From NCBI RefSeq assembly GCF_016432865.1, contig NC_067400.1, forward strand, positions 624,154,001-624,218,000: a DNA stretch of 64,000 nt, given 5' to 3'. The notes beneath the pieces are model-generated. The model was given only the letters and a program-made list of their open reading frames with translations. It was not told where the DNA came from and searched no databases. This DNA comes from Antechinus flavipes (lineage: Eukaryota). Positions 14,601-25,300 of the stretch are shown here, in pieces; the first letter of the stretch is position 1; every line of letters starts with the position of its first letter. The translations under genes and the position numbers were made by a program.

Positions 14601-15849
14601 AACTCCCAGGAGCCCGGGGTATTTCACCCCAAAGGCGGCAGTCCCAGGACTCCCGCTCTCGCGGCTTCATGCGCCCCTTTGGGGGGCTGCCTTTGCACAG
14701 CCTTTCCACCTGGCCCGCTCCAAGGAGCTCCCCGCAGAACGCGCCCCCTCTTTGGCCCGGTCCCTTGGGACTGGGGCCCCCTTCTCTGAAGGCCTTGAAA
14801 CCCCTCCCTCTGAGCTCTGAGGTGGCTGGCCCCTGACCGCCGGCTCTCCTTCCGTTCCTTCTCCCCGGGGTGTCCAACACGGGGCGGTCAGTCACCAGGG
14901 TACTGAGGCTGCCCTTGACCCCCCTGCAGCAGGCGGCTCCTCCCAGGTAAGAATCAACCTGGTAAAGCACTTCTCCTTAGGCTTTCTTCTCCCTTTTGGA
15001 AGAATTATTGCCAAGGTGGGACAAGCGAGGGGGCGCAGTGGCTAGAGCGCTGGCCCTGGAGTCAGGAGGACCCGAGCTCAAAGCTGGCCTCAGACACACA
15101 CCATTCCCCGGCTGGCCTGGATATCAGTCCCCGTCCCTGACCACCCCACGCCGGGGAGGTTTCTGGGACTTGCCGGCCACTTCCTGCCGCAGTGACTGCC
15201 AACGCTTCAAGCATCCCCCACCTCCCCCGCCCCACCTTGCTCAGCTGCACCCAAGGGCCCTTCCGGTGCCAAAGCGGGGCCTTGGACTCCCACATTTTCG
15301 GAGCTCGGTCTCGCCTCTGACCCCGAGCCAGCCGCAGGGCCGACCTCTTCCCCCACGGGGCCTCGGCGTCTGCCCCAAAGCCGCCCTTCCGTTCTCAGAA
15401 AACCCGGACTCGTGAGGTCTCCTCCTAAACCTCCGGCTAAGAGGAGGCCCGCCTGCACTCTGACCCCAGGTCTGGGCTGGGCAGGGACAGCAATCCCGCC
15501 GACCCCCACCGCCAGCCCCGACAAACGGCCCCCTGGGAGAGCAACGGCCTGTTCCCTGTGCCCAGGTGACTCCTCGTGCCAGGGGATCTACTGGGGGGGA
15601 GGGGCAGGGGCGGGTTGGGTCATGGAGGGGGGGCTCCCACAGAAGGGGAGGGGGCGCACGGAGGCCTCAGGCAGATGCCAGCTCCCCACCCCCAGCCCAA
15701 GGAATTAACAGCACTGACTTTCTGGTTTTGTTCTTTGAGGTCACCTTGTCCTCAGAGGACCTGTCACTGTGGGGGTGGGGGAGGGATTTCAGGGGAGAGG
15801 GAGAGACAGACACAAAGAGACAGAAAAACAGAGAGAGAGAGAGAGAGAC

Positions 15850-15892
<43 letters not shown>

Positions 15893-18800
15893 CAGAGGCT
15901 GAGGTGAGACACAGGAAAAAAGACAGACACAGAGAAAAAGAGAGGAGACAGACACGGAAGAGACAGAGAAAGAGACTGAGACAGAAGAGAGACTGAGACA
16001 CATGGAAGAGACAGAGAGACACAGGAAGAGACAGAGAGACACAGGAAAAGAGACAGAGAGAGAGACATGAGACACCAAAAGGAGCACATACAGGAAGAGA
16101 CAGAGAAAGAGACAAACAGACAGAGATGAGATGAAGATAAGACACAGGAAAAGAGACAGAGACAGACCAGACAGACAGAGGGGGGTGGGGATGGAAGGAA
16201 CCCAAGATAGACAGAGAAAGACACACAGAGAAACAGGCGGGGGAGCGGGGCGGAGGGGAGGAGGCAGGGAGGCCGCGGGGCCCGGGCCCTTACTTCGATG
16301 CCGTAGTGAAGGGCGGAGCAGGCGGGGTGCAGCACGAGGCTGCGGAAGGGGTGGATGTGGGGCACGGCCCAGCCCTCCTGGCTGCACCATTCCACGCTCA
16401 GCATGTGGTCAGTGAAGTGCTTCCCAAAGGGCAGGGACTCCCCGAGCTCCGGCTTCTTCTGGGGCGCCTGGTTCAGTTCCACCTGCAGGTCAGAGGCCTG
16501 GGGCCAGAGACCGGCCTGTGAGCTTGGCCCCCGGCTCCCGCTCTGCCCCAGGCCTGAGTCTCCATGACTGAGCCACAGCTAGCCCCGAGGGGCCAAGGAT
16601 CTGAGCGCATGGCTGTGGGGCCCTGGAGACTGTCGCATTAGTGGGGCCCCCTCCCCTGGTCTCCGGCCCCCTCCCCCGTGTCCACCCTGGTCTCTGGCCC
16701 CCTCCCGTGTCCATTCTGGTCTCCGGCCCCCTCCCCCGTGTCCACCCTGGTCTCCGGCCCGCTGCCCTGTGGCTCCCCTGTGGCCGCCCTCCCCCCGGGG
16801 CCCCCGCGCCCCTCACCTTGAAGCTGCTGGCCGAGCGCCCGGGAGAGGCCCAGAGCAGCCGAGGCAGGGCCGGCAGCTTTCTGGCCAGGATCTGAGGAGA
16901 GAGCCATGACAAGAGCCGTGATTGCAGAACCGGCCGCCTCCGCGCCGCAGGCCTTCCGGGGAGAGGGGCCCGGCCTTCGTGGCTGAGGCTGGGCCGGGGG
17001 AGGGCCCTTCACCCCGGGCTTTCCCGGCCTCCCTGTGAAAGGCAGTCTGGGGGTTCCCTCGTGCTCCGAGGAGGGAAGGGCCGGGGCCCCCAGCCTGACA
17101 CGCCCACTCGGCCCCCCGCCCCTCCCCCCGCCGGGCCTCCCTGCAGTGGGCCGGTCCCGCCCCGGGATCAGAGGTCAGTTCCAGCCTCCTCCCCCAGGAC
17201 TTTGCCCCCGACCCTTGGGATGAGCTCAGACTGCTGGAGGCCCCGGAGGACAGAGCAGCGGGGTCGGAGCCCGGTAAGCGCCTGCCGTCTTGGGGGGCCC
17301 AGAGGCCCGGGGACGGTGCTTCTGGGGCTGCGCCCGTTCGCATCGGGTCCCGCTGGACGGGGCCCCCCCTGAGACCCAGCACCGGCTGACCGGGACCTCT
17401 GGCTTCTGGGCCCCCCTCCAGAGGCCCGGGCCCCAGACCCTCTGGCAGCCTCTCCCCGGGGACGCGGGCCCCCCCCCGGTCGGGACTGGCCCCCAAGGAG
17501 GTGGGGGGGAAGGCTGGCAGGGCCCTCCAGAGCCAACCTGGGGCCCGTTCTGGCAGCAGGCGGAGAGGGGCAGCCCCCCCATCGGCCCCCAGGGTCGGCA
17601 GGCGGGGGCAGGAGTCCTGGGACCTGGCCTTGGGGAGAGGCCCGGTGAAGGCCAGTTCTGTCCCCCCAGGCCTGGCTTCCTTCTGGGGCTCCCTAGAAAC
17701 CCCCTCCCCACCCGAGGTGACCTCACAATGGCCCCGCTGGCTGGCTGGCAGCAGAGGGAGCGGGGGGGCAGAGCAAGGGAGGGCTGGGGCCCTAGGTGGG
17801 GGGTGGAGGGGGCAGGAGCCCCGAGTGCCGCCCCAGCGATGGCCGCCTCGGACCCCGTGCGCCTGCTGCAGGAGGAGGTGACGTGCGCCGTGTGCCTGGA
17901 CTACCTGCACGAGCCGGTCACCATCGACTGCGGCCACAACTTCTGCCGCGCCTGCATCACCCGCTGCTGGGATGAGATGGGCCGGCGCTTCCCCTGCCCC
18001 CAGTGCCGCGCCCGCTCCCCCAAGCGCAAGCTGCGGCCCAACTGCCAGCTGGCCAACGTGGCCATGGCCGCCAAGCGCCTGCGGCCCCACGTGGGCGAAG
18101 ACGGGGTGCCGGGCCCGGGAACCAGCACGGGCCGGAGCCGGGAGGCCAGGGAGGCCGAGGACGAGCCGGGCCCGCCTCCGGCCGAGGAAGAGGCCGGGGG
18201 GAGGCCGGGCGACGGGCCGCCCCGGGAGGCCCAGCACGGGGAGGCCGCGCCGGACACCACGGCGGAGGGGGCTCCGGAGGGGGAGGCCGCGCCCCAGAAG
18301 AGCCCGGCGGACATCGAGGAGGCCCAGGCCAGGAGGCCGGAGAGGCAGCCCCCCCGCGAGGAGGCCCCGGGGCAGCAGGCCGACGGGGGCTCCGAGGAGG
18401 AGGAGGCCGAGGGGGGCCCCCGACGAGAGGACGAGGCGGGCCGGGGCCCGGGGCCCGGGAGCCCGCCGGCCGCGAGCCCAGGGGACAGCGGGCAGTGGGC
18501 CGAGCCGAGGCCAGGGGTGAGCCTGCCCCAGAGCCCCTGCCCCCAGCACCCAGGAGAGGAGCTCTGGCTCTTCTGTCGCCGCGACGGCGCCACCCTGTGC
18601 CCCGCCTGCCACCCCGAGAGAGCGCACCAGGGCCACGACCTGGTGGTGCTGGCGGAGGAGGGCCGAGCCACCCGCGCCCGCCTGCGGGGGGCCCTGGGCA
18701 GGCTGCGCGCCCAGAGGGAGGCGCTGGAGGACGCGGGGCTGCGGCAGGAGCGCCAGGTGGCCCACCTGGGCCAGGAGGCCGCCATCCGGCGCCAGCGCCT

Positions 18801-21531
18801 CGGGGACGAGTTCGAGGGTCTGCGCCACTTCCTGAGCCAGGCCGAGCAGGACCTGCTGAGCTCCCTGGCGGCCGCCGAGCGCCAGGCCCAGGCCGCCCGC
18901 CGCGCCCGCGGGGCGCGCCTCTCGGCCAACGCCCGGCGCCTGGACCGCCTGCTGCTGGAGGCCTCGGCCTGGCTCCACCTGCCCAGCGCCCGCCTGCTGG
19001 GTGACAGCAGCGTCCAGGAGGGACTTCGCAAGCTGGAGGCCGAGGCCGGCAAGACTCTGGGGGCCCGCGTGCTGCCCGGGGAGGGCCTGGGGGGCGCGGG
19101 CCGGGCCCAGGCCGTGCTGAAGGAGGCCGCGCGGGCCTTCCGCGAGCGGCTCTCGGGGGAACTGGAGCGCGACGACCCCCCGGTGCGCTTCGACATCAAC
19201 TCGGCCGCCCCGGGCCTGGAAGTATCGGAAGGCGGGCGCACCGTGCGGCTGGGGCCCCGGGCCAGCGCCCAGCAGGCCGACCTCTGCCCCTGCGTCCTGG
19301 GCGACAAGGCCTGGGGCCACGGCTCTCACTACTGGGAGGTGGACGTCAGCCAGTCGGGGGGCTGGGCCGTGGGCGTGGCCTGCGAGGGCAACCCCCGGCC
19401 CCAGCCCAACAAGGGGCTCTGGGCTCTGCAGCTGAGCCGGGGCCAGCTGTGGACCCCCGAAGTCACCCTGGCCATCCGGCACCAGCCCCAGCGGCTGGCC
19501 GTCTACCTGGAGGTGGAGGCCGGCCTCCTGGCCTTCTCCGACGCCCAGAGCGGGGCTCCCGTGCACAGCTACCAGGGGGCCGACTGGGGCCCCGAAGCCA
19601 CCCTCAGGCCCTGCTTCTGGCTCTGGGACCTCGGAGGGAGTCTGCGCCTGAGCCCCTGAGCCCCACAGTCCCAGATAAAGGAGTGCAGACTGCCATCCGG
19701 CCCTGTCTTTATTGGACACCGGGGACCGCGGGCGGGGGGCGGCCCTTCCCCGGCTCATCGCGCGCTGGGCCCCCGGCTTTCTCCCGAGGAGATCCCTCCT
19801 GGGCCCAAACCCTGCCAGAGAGCAGAGGGGCGGAGGGGGAACAGAGAAGGGGGGGCCCGGGAGACAGACTGCCCCCCAGAACCTCGGCAGCGTCCGGACG
19901 GGAAGCCTGCAGCAGGCGGCTGGAGAGGGGGTACAGGTCTGGGGGGGCTGCAGTGGAGGGGGCGGGCCCGAGGGCGGCGAGCCCCGGAGGGCACCGAAAG
20001 GAGGGACGAGTGCCAGCGCGGCCGGCCTGGGAGGCGAAGCAGAGATAAAGGCCCGGCTGCCCGCGGTCAGCCCGTCCTTGGGATCCCACCAGCCTGGGGG
20101 CCCTCCCCGCACCCGCCCAGCCACCCGCACCTGTCCTCCGGCCCGCCAAACCCCTGGGAGGCCGGCCAAGGGGGCGGAACAGCTGTGGGGAAGCTGGGAG
20201 GGACCTGGGCAGAGTCGGGGCTCTCCAGGAAGCTGGGAGGGACTCAGGGCAAGGATGGGGGCTCCTCAGGAAGCTGGGAAGGACCCCAGGCAGAGATGGG
20301 GACTCCCCAGGAGGTTGGGGGGACCCAGAGCAGAGTCAGGGGCTCCCCAGGAAGCTGGGAGGGACCCAGGGCAGGGATGGGGGCTCCTCAGGAGGTTGGG
20401 GGGACCCAGAGCAGAGTCAGGGGCTCCCCAGGAAGCTGGGAGGGACCCAGGGCAGGGATGGGGGCTCCCTAGGAGGTTGGGGGGACCCAGGGCAGAGTCG
20501 GGGGCTCCCCAGGAAGCTGGGAGGGACCCAGGGCAGGGATGGGGGCTCCTCAGGAGGTTGGGGGGCAGAGTTGGGGGCTCCCCAGGAGAGGAGAAGGAAA
20601 TGGAAGATTGGGTTGTTAGGGCTGGAAGCACCTGCTGGGCCCAATGCTGCCTCGGTGGACCCCCTCCCGCCCTGAGGGATGCTGGGGCTCACCCAAGGAG
20701 GGGAGCAGTGGGCAGAGGTGCAGGAGGGAGCCCGCTGGGACTCGGGCCGAGCCAGGGGAGGGCACTGCTGACTGCAATGAAGCTCCTCAGACCCAGGCCC
20801 CCAAAAGGGGGCAGGTGGGGGCGGGGCAGTGGGCCCAAGGCCAGGGAGACAAGGAGATGCAGGGCCGGTCCACCAGCGCCAGGGGGAGGGGGGCTTTAGG
20901 AGCTGCCCACCCCAGAGCCCAGGGAGGGGTCCACCAAGGAGGCGATGGGGCCCTGGGGACAGCAGGGGGGGCTCACTGCTCAGCACCCTGGGGGAGGGGA
21001 GGACCCCAGGCTAGGCTGCCTGGGCATATGGGGGCTGGCTGGGCTCACTGCTGTCCCGGGGGGCCTAGGGATGTGGGGGGGCTTCTGGGCTCACTCCCGG
21101 AGCATGAGGGGGACCCCTGGCCGGGCTGCCCCCCGAGCCTGAGGTGGTCACAGAGTGGGGAGGGCCTGGCCCGGGCCAAGGCTGGAAGATAAGCCCCCTC
21201 CCCCCGAGCTGAAGGAGGAGAGCCCTACCCCCACCCCGCCCTGACAACCCCCTCCAACTGCTGGGGAAGCTGTCACGTGAGAGAAGCAGCGGGTCTGCCT
21301 GGTTTGGGGGTCGGGAAAGTGCCCCAGGGTGGGTGGTACTGAGCTCCCGGTCAGGGCAGGGCTTTAAAGGGAGCAGCCCACCCGGGCTCGATCCCGACGC
21401 TCCGCCAAGGTTGCGGACGTGCTGTCCGGAAGTGCCCTCCCCCCGGCCCAACTTCTGCATCTCCCCCCGGTCCCACTCCGGGCTGCCCGCGCGCCCCCGG
21501 AACCCACCTGCCCCAGGCCCACCGCAGCCAT
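11603..21531 (-). CDS. BCAT2: Branched-chain amino acid aminotransferase, mitochondrial, 11 exons, 395 aa
   Basis: Exons 21508-21531 (MAAVGLGQ), 16817-16891, 16294-16497, 13676-13786, 13415-13540, 13089-13252, 12739-12881, 12300-12385, 11921-12061, 11754-11828, 11603-11641. All phases consistent; PLP lysine (DCKLGGNY) and CXXC (TACQVCP) intact. Minus-strand AATAAA at 11258-11263. Confidence 0.98.
12105..12262. repeat. About 37-bp tandem repeat in BCAT2 intron 8
   Basis: Unit ggggcagggagagtgggggacacagacagccaga, 4-5 copies. Confidence 0.85.
13806..13819 (+). promoter_or_regulatory. Consensus CTCF motif in BCAT2 intron 3
   Basis: CCAGCAGGGGGCGC, an exact match to the CCASYAGRKGGCRS core. Confidence 0.6.
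15031..15096 (+). mobile_element. 5' fragment of a marsupial CORE-SINE
   Basis: ggcgcagtggctagagcgctggccctggagtcaggaggacccgagctcaaagctggcctcagacac (A and B boxes). Confidence 0.75.
15802..16232. repeat. GA-rich low-complexity tract with (GA)n microsatellite
   Basis: gagacagagagaga... in BCAT2 intron 3. Confidence 0.9.
17839..19659 (+). CDS. TRIM39-like tripartite-motif E3 ubiquitin ligase (RING-Bbox2-coiled coil-PRY/SPRY), single coding exon, nested antisense in BCAT2 intron 1; 606 aa (643 aa from the in-frame ATG at 17728)
   Basis: Uninterrupted ORF: [30 protein letters not shown] (C3HC4 RING), [22 protein letters not shown]...H..H (B-box2), helical coiled coil, then [39 protein letters not shown] (PRY-SPRY). 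It lies entirely between BCAT2 exon 2 (16891) and exon 1 (21508). Confidence 0.93.
   Translation: MAASDPVRLLQEEVTCAVCLDYLHEPVTIDCGHNFCRACITRCWDEMGRRFPCPQCRARSPKRKLRPNCQLANVAMAAKRLRPHVGEDGVPGPGTSTGRSREAREAEDEPGPPPAEEEAGGRPGDGPPREAQHGEAAPDTTAEGAPEGEAAPQKSPADIEEAQARRPERQPPREEAPGQQADGGSEEEEAEGGPRREDEAGRGPGPGSPPAASPGDSGQWAEPRPGVSLPQSPCPQHPGEELWLFCRRDGATLCPACHPERAHQGHDLVVLAEEGRATRARLRGALGRLRAQREALEDAGLRQERQVAHLGQEAAIRRQRLGDEFEGLRHFLSQAEQDLLSSLAAAERQAQAARRARGARLSANARRLDRLLLEASAWLHLPSARLLGDSSVQEGLRKLEAEAGKTLGARVLPGEGLGGAGRAQAVLKEAARAFRERLSGELERDDPPVRFDINSAAPGLEVSEGGRTVRLGPRASAQQADLCPCVLGDKAWGHGSHYWEVDVSQSGGWAVGVACEGNPRPQPNKGLWALQLSRGQLWTPEVTLAIRHQPQRLAVYLEVEAGLLAFSDAQSGAPVHSYQGADWGPEATLRPCFWLWDLGGSLRLSP
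20189..20585. repeat. About 40/41-bp minisatellite, about 10 monomers, alternating A/B subunits
   Basis: ggaagctgggagggacccagggcagggatgggggctcctca alternating with ggaggttggggggacccagagcagagtcaggggctcccca. Confidence 0.9.
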
Positions 21532-22301
21532 GGTCTGTGCCGCCGAGAAGTGGGCCCGCCCGGGCCGGCGGCTCCGCCACGTTCAGTTCCGCCCGCCCCC
21601 GGGCCCGGCCCCACCCCCAGGGGCACGGCCCCTTTACCCTCCCCCAGTTTATGTGCCCCCCGCCCCCCCCCGGCTGGCCACGCGCCCGCCTCCACTCGGC
21701 CAATCAGCGAGCGCCTCGCGGCCCCTGCCCCCCGGCCCTACCAGGGCTGCGGCCGACGCCCTCGCGGCCCGGGACGACGTCCCCAAGCGACCCGCCCCCT
21801 CCCAGCGCGGGTCCGTGGCGTCCTTCCCCCTCGCGCCCCTCTCCCTCCGCGCCCGGGCACCCCAGGGAAGACTGCTGCTCTAGTTGTCTCCGAGGTCAGG
21901 GAGGATCCTCCCTCTTTTTTTTAATCTTGCCTAATTGGCAGTTAATTCCTTTTTCCCCGGGGACGCCATTAAGGGGCCCGTTAGCCGGGACGCGCGCTCC
22001 AGGCCGGCCTCAGGTCTCCCAGTGGGGGAGGGGAGGCGGACTGGGGCGAGAGAACCCCGAGCCGGCTCTGGACCCTCCGCAGAGAGGCCGCGCCCACCCC
22101 ACCCCGAAACTACATTCCCCATGAGGCCCCGGGGTCCCCAGGCACCCCGCAGCGCGGAGGGCGGGGGCGGGCTCTGCTGCCACAAGCAGTCGGGCTTCTG
22201 GCCCGAGGGGTGGGGGCCAGGAAATAAAATGGAGAGATAAATGTTGTTTCCAGTTTGTCAGACAGAAAGCGCCGGGAGGAAGGAAAGGGAGGATGAGAGG
22301 G

Positions 22302-25300
22302 TCAAGGGGTCAAGGCGCTGGGGGAGGGGAGGGGCTGCAGTTGGAAAGGGAGCTCCTGCCCCTCTTCCTGGGGGAGGTCTTGGGGTCTCGGGCACCCCGG
22401 GGGGTTCCCGGGAGGGCGGCAGGTACCGGGGGCGGAGCTCATCTTGCACCCGTAGCCCAGCTCGGCGCCCCCGGTCAGGGGCAGGTCCACACCAGTGCAG
22501 AAGGAGGCGTGGAAGGCCAGGAAGACCGCAGCAGCCCCGACTTCGTCCGGCCTGCCCATCCGTCCCAGGGGCTGGAGGGGGAGACAGGGCCGAGGCTGAA
22601 GGCCGGGCGGGTCCCCAGGGGCCTGCCCGGCTCACCCCCGACTCCCGCCCGGCTCCTACCTGCGCCCGCTCCCCTTCCCTCACTGTGGCGGAGGGATCGG
22701 GGGTCAGGGCGGCCAGCTCCTTCCACAGGGGCGTCCAGATGTTTCCTGGGGAGATGCTGGGGAGGAACAAAGGAGCCCTTAGCACGTGCTGATCCCCGCA
22801 GCCCCGGCCCTGCCCCCTCCTCTGGCAGCGGCCCTTGGGGCTCCCGCCTGGCATCTGCCCTTCCAGGCTCCAGCCCCCTTAGCCCAAGGTCCCCAATCCC
22901 AGCCTAAAGGCACCGGCCATCATACAGCTTCCCTCAGGCTCCCCAGTGTCCCCGCCAGCCCAGCCCGAGGTCGCCCCTGGCTCCATTTTGTGCCCCCTCA
23001 GCCTGCCCATGCCGGCAATCCGCGGCCCCCCATGTCCCGCTACCCCCACCCCCAAGACCCCTTTCTGCCCATTCCTTGCCCTGCCTCTCCAACATTCAGA
23101 GCCCTTCTGCCCATCTCCCATCGCAGCGCCCCTGGGTCCCAGTCTGAAGCCCCCCAGCCCCCCTCTCTGCTCTCACCCCCACCCCTCCCCCTCAGACACT
23201 CACCAGTTGACCCGGACCCCGTGCTGACTCTCATCCAGGGCTAGGGCCTTGGTCAGGGCGGTCACTGCGCCCTAGGGAAGGGAAGACAGAGCGGGAGGGA
23301 CCCTTTGGGTGCAGCCATCTCCTCCGGGCTCAGGGGCAGTGGCCACTAGGCCCCGCCAAGGCCTGCGCCCCGGACGGAGGAGGCCCGCCCCTTGGGGCAT
23401 CATTGACTGTGGCCGCCCCCCCAGGGCCCCTCACCCCATACCTTGGTGGCCACATAGGGCGCAGCCTTCCGCTGCCCGATGGCCCCCACCAGGCTGGAGA
23501 TGTTAATGATGCTGCCCCGGCTCTGGCGAAGGAAAGGAAGGGCCAGCTGGGGGGGGAAGGAGGCAGTCAGCCCTGGTGCCCCCCGACCCCCCACCCCCAC
23601 CCCGGCCTCCTCCAGGGCCTGGGCCTCCTGCTGCAGCTGTGTGTCTGTCCCTTCCTGAGGGTCTGTCTGTGTGTCTGTCCCTTCCTGAGGGTCTGTCTGT
23701 GTGTCTGTCCCTTCCTGAGGGTCTGTCTGTCCCTTCCTGAGGGTCTGTCTGTGTGTCTGTCCCTTCCTGAGGGTCTGTCTGTGTGTCTGTCCCTTCCTGA
23801 GGGTCTGTCTGTCCCTTCCTGAGGGTCTGTCTGTGTGTCTGTCTACAGGGTCACAGAGTGTTCCAGCCACAGCCCCATTTGGGGAAACCAGCACAGCCTG
23901 TGCCAAGCTGTGCCACTGAAGCCTGTGCCAAGCGCCCCCCCCTGCCCTGGGGCAGGCCCTGCCTCTGCTCCCTCCTCCCAGAGCCTCAGCGCGTGCCCTT
24001 TCTCCCAGCTCTCTCTCACCTTTCCTGAAAGCCGGGCCAGCGCCCAGATCCTCCCCCTGCAGCCGTTGGCTGCCCGCACTTCCTCCTTCCTCAATGACCT
24101 TGGCACACACTGCCCAGGGGCTTCCTGCCCTCCCCCAGGACTCGGCCTGCCTCCCAGTGGGACAGCCCCAGGCCCCGGCCGGCGGCCCCTCCCCCCAAAC
24201 CAGAATGAGGGACCCCCTTCCCCCCCACCGGGAGCCCCTGCCCACTCCGGCCCTCCCGGCCACTTCCCCTCTGCCTCTGCCCTCCTGGGGGACCTGCAGG
24301 CCTGGGCGGGCGCTGCCCGGAACCGCTTCCTTTCTCCCCCAGCGTCCTGCCCGCAGGGGGTGTCCCCAGCCCCTTCCCTGGGTGATTCTTCCCTCTCGGG
24401 GCCGTCCCCCCCAACCCCCCATCTCCGCTTCCCCGGCTCCTGCCCAGTTCTCCCCGGGACCACCTGCAGCTCTCCGCCCTTCACAGCCAAACTCCTGGAG
24501 AAATCTCGCCTCTGCTTCCTCACCTCCCCCCGACTTCCAGCCCCTGCAATCTGCCCCCCCAATCTCTCCCAGCAGAGCGAGCACCGCCTGCTCCCCTCAG
24601 GTCCCCGCGTCCTCCTGGTCTCAGGCAGTGGGGTCGGGGCCTCCCGGCCGCTCGCCCTTCACGCTCTGGCCCTTTGGGGGCTCCCGCGCCCGGATGCCCC
24701 CCCCCATCCCAGGCAGCCATGACTGCCCCCCCCCCGGCCGCGGAGGAGCCCCCAGGACGCCCGCTCGGGGTCCCAGCCGCACAGGCTGGAGCCTCTCCCT
24801 CCCACCGAGGAGCTTTGGGGCGGCGCGTCCCTGGGGGTCCCGCTCCCAGTTCCCCGGCCCCTGCTTCTCCACAGCTGGGGGGGAGGGAGCTGGGAAAGGG
24901 GGTCGGGAATCCCCCAGAGTGAGGGGGGCCGGCCCGGGCAGGCGGAGCTCTTGGGAGCTGGCCAGGGAGCGGTTCCGCAGACAGCCGGGATGAACCTGGA
25001 TTAAGGGAGCTTCAAAGCAGGCAACGTGACCCGTGCCCGGGATAAAGGAAGAGGCTGGAAGGGAAATCTGGGGCAGGCGGGGCCCTCACGCCCCCAAGCG
25101 GGGTCTAAGGCCCCTCCCCCAGAAGCCACGCCCACTTCCTCTTCTCCCGGACCCCCTTCCCTCGTGGGCTCAGGGCCCTCCCCCTCCCATCCGTCCCTCA
25201 GCATGCCCGAGGTCCCCCTTCGCTCCCTCCTTTCCCTTGGTCCCCTCATCCCTCCTGGTGACCTCCCAGCCCCTTCCCACCTGAAACCCACCGGGCTTCC

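Noticed and set aside
19708-19713. Minus-strand AATAAA in BCAT2 intron 1
   Set aside because: Could truncate BCAT2 transcripts, but a lone hexamer without other support is expected by chance.
16813-20169. 1118-aa minus-strand ORF
   Set aside because: Its codons are exactly in register with the TRIM codons on the opposite strand (high-GC3 shadow ORF). It starts at TTG, is G/A/P/L-rich and has no recognisable domain.
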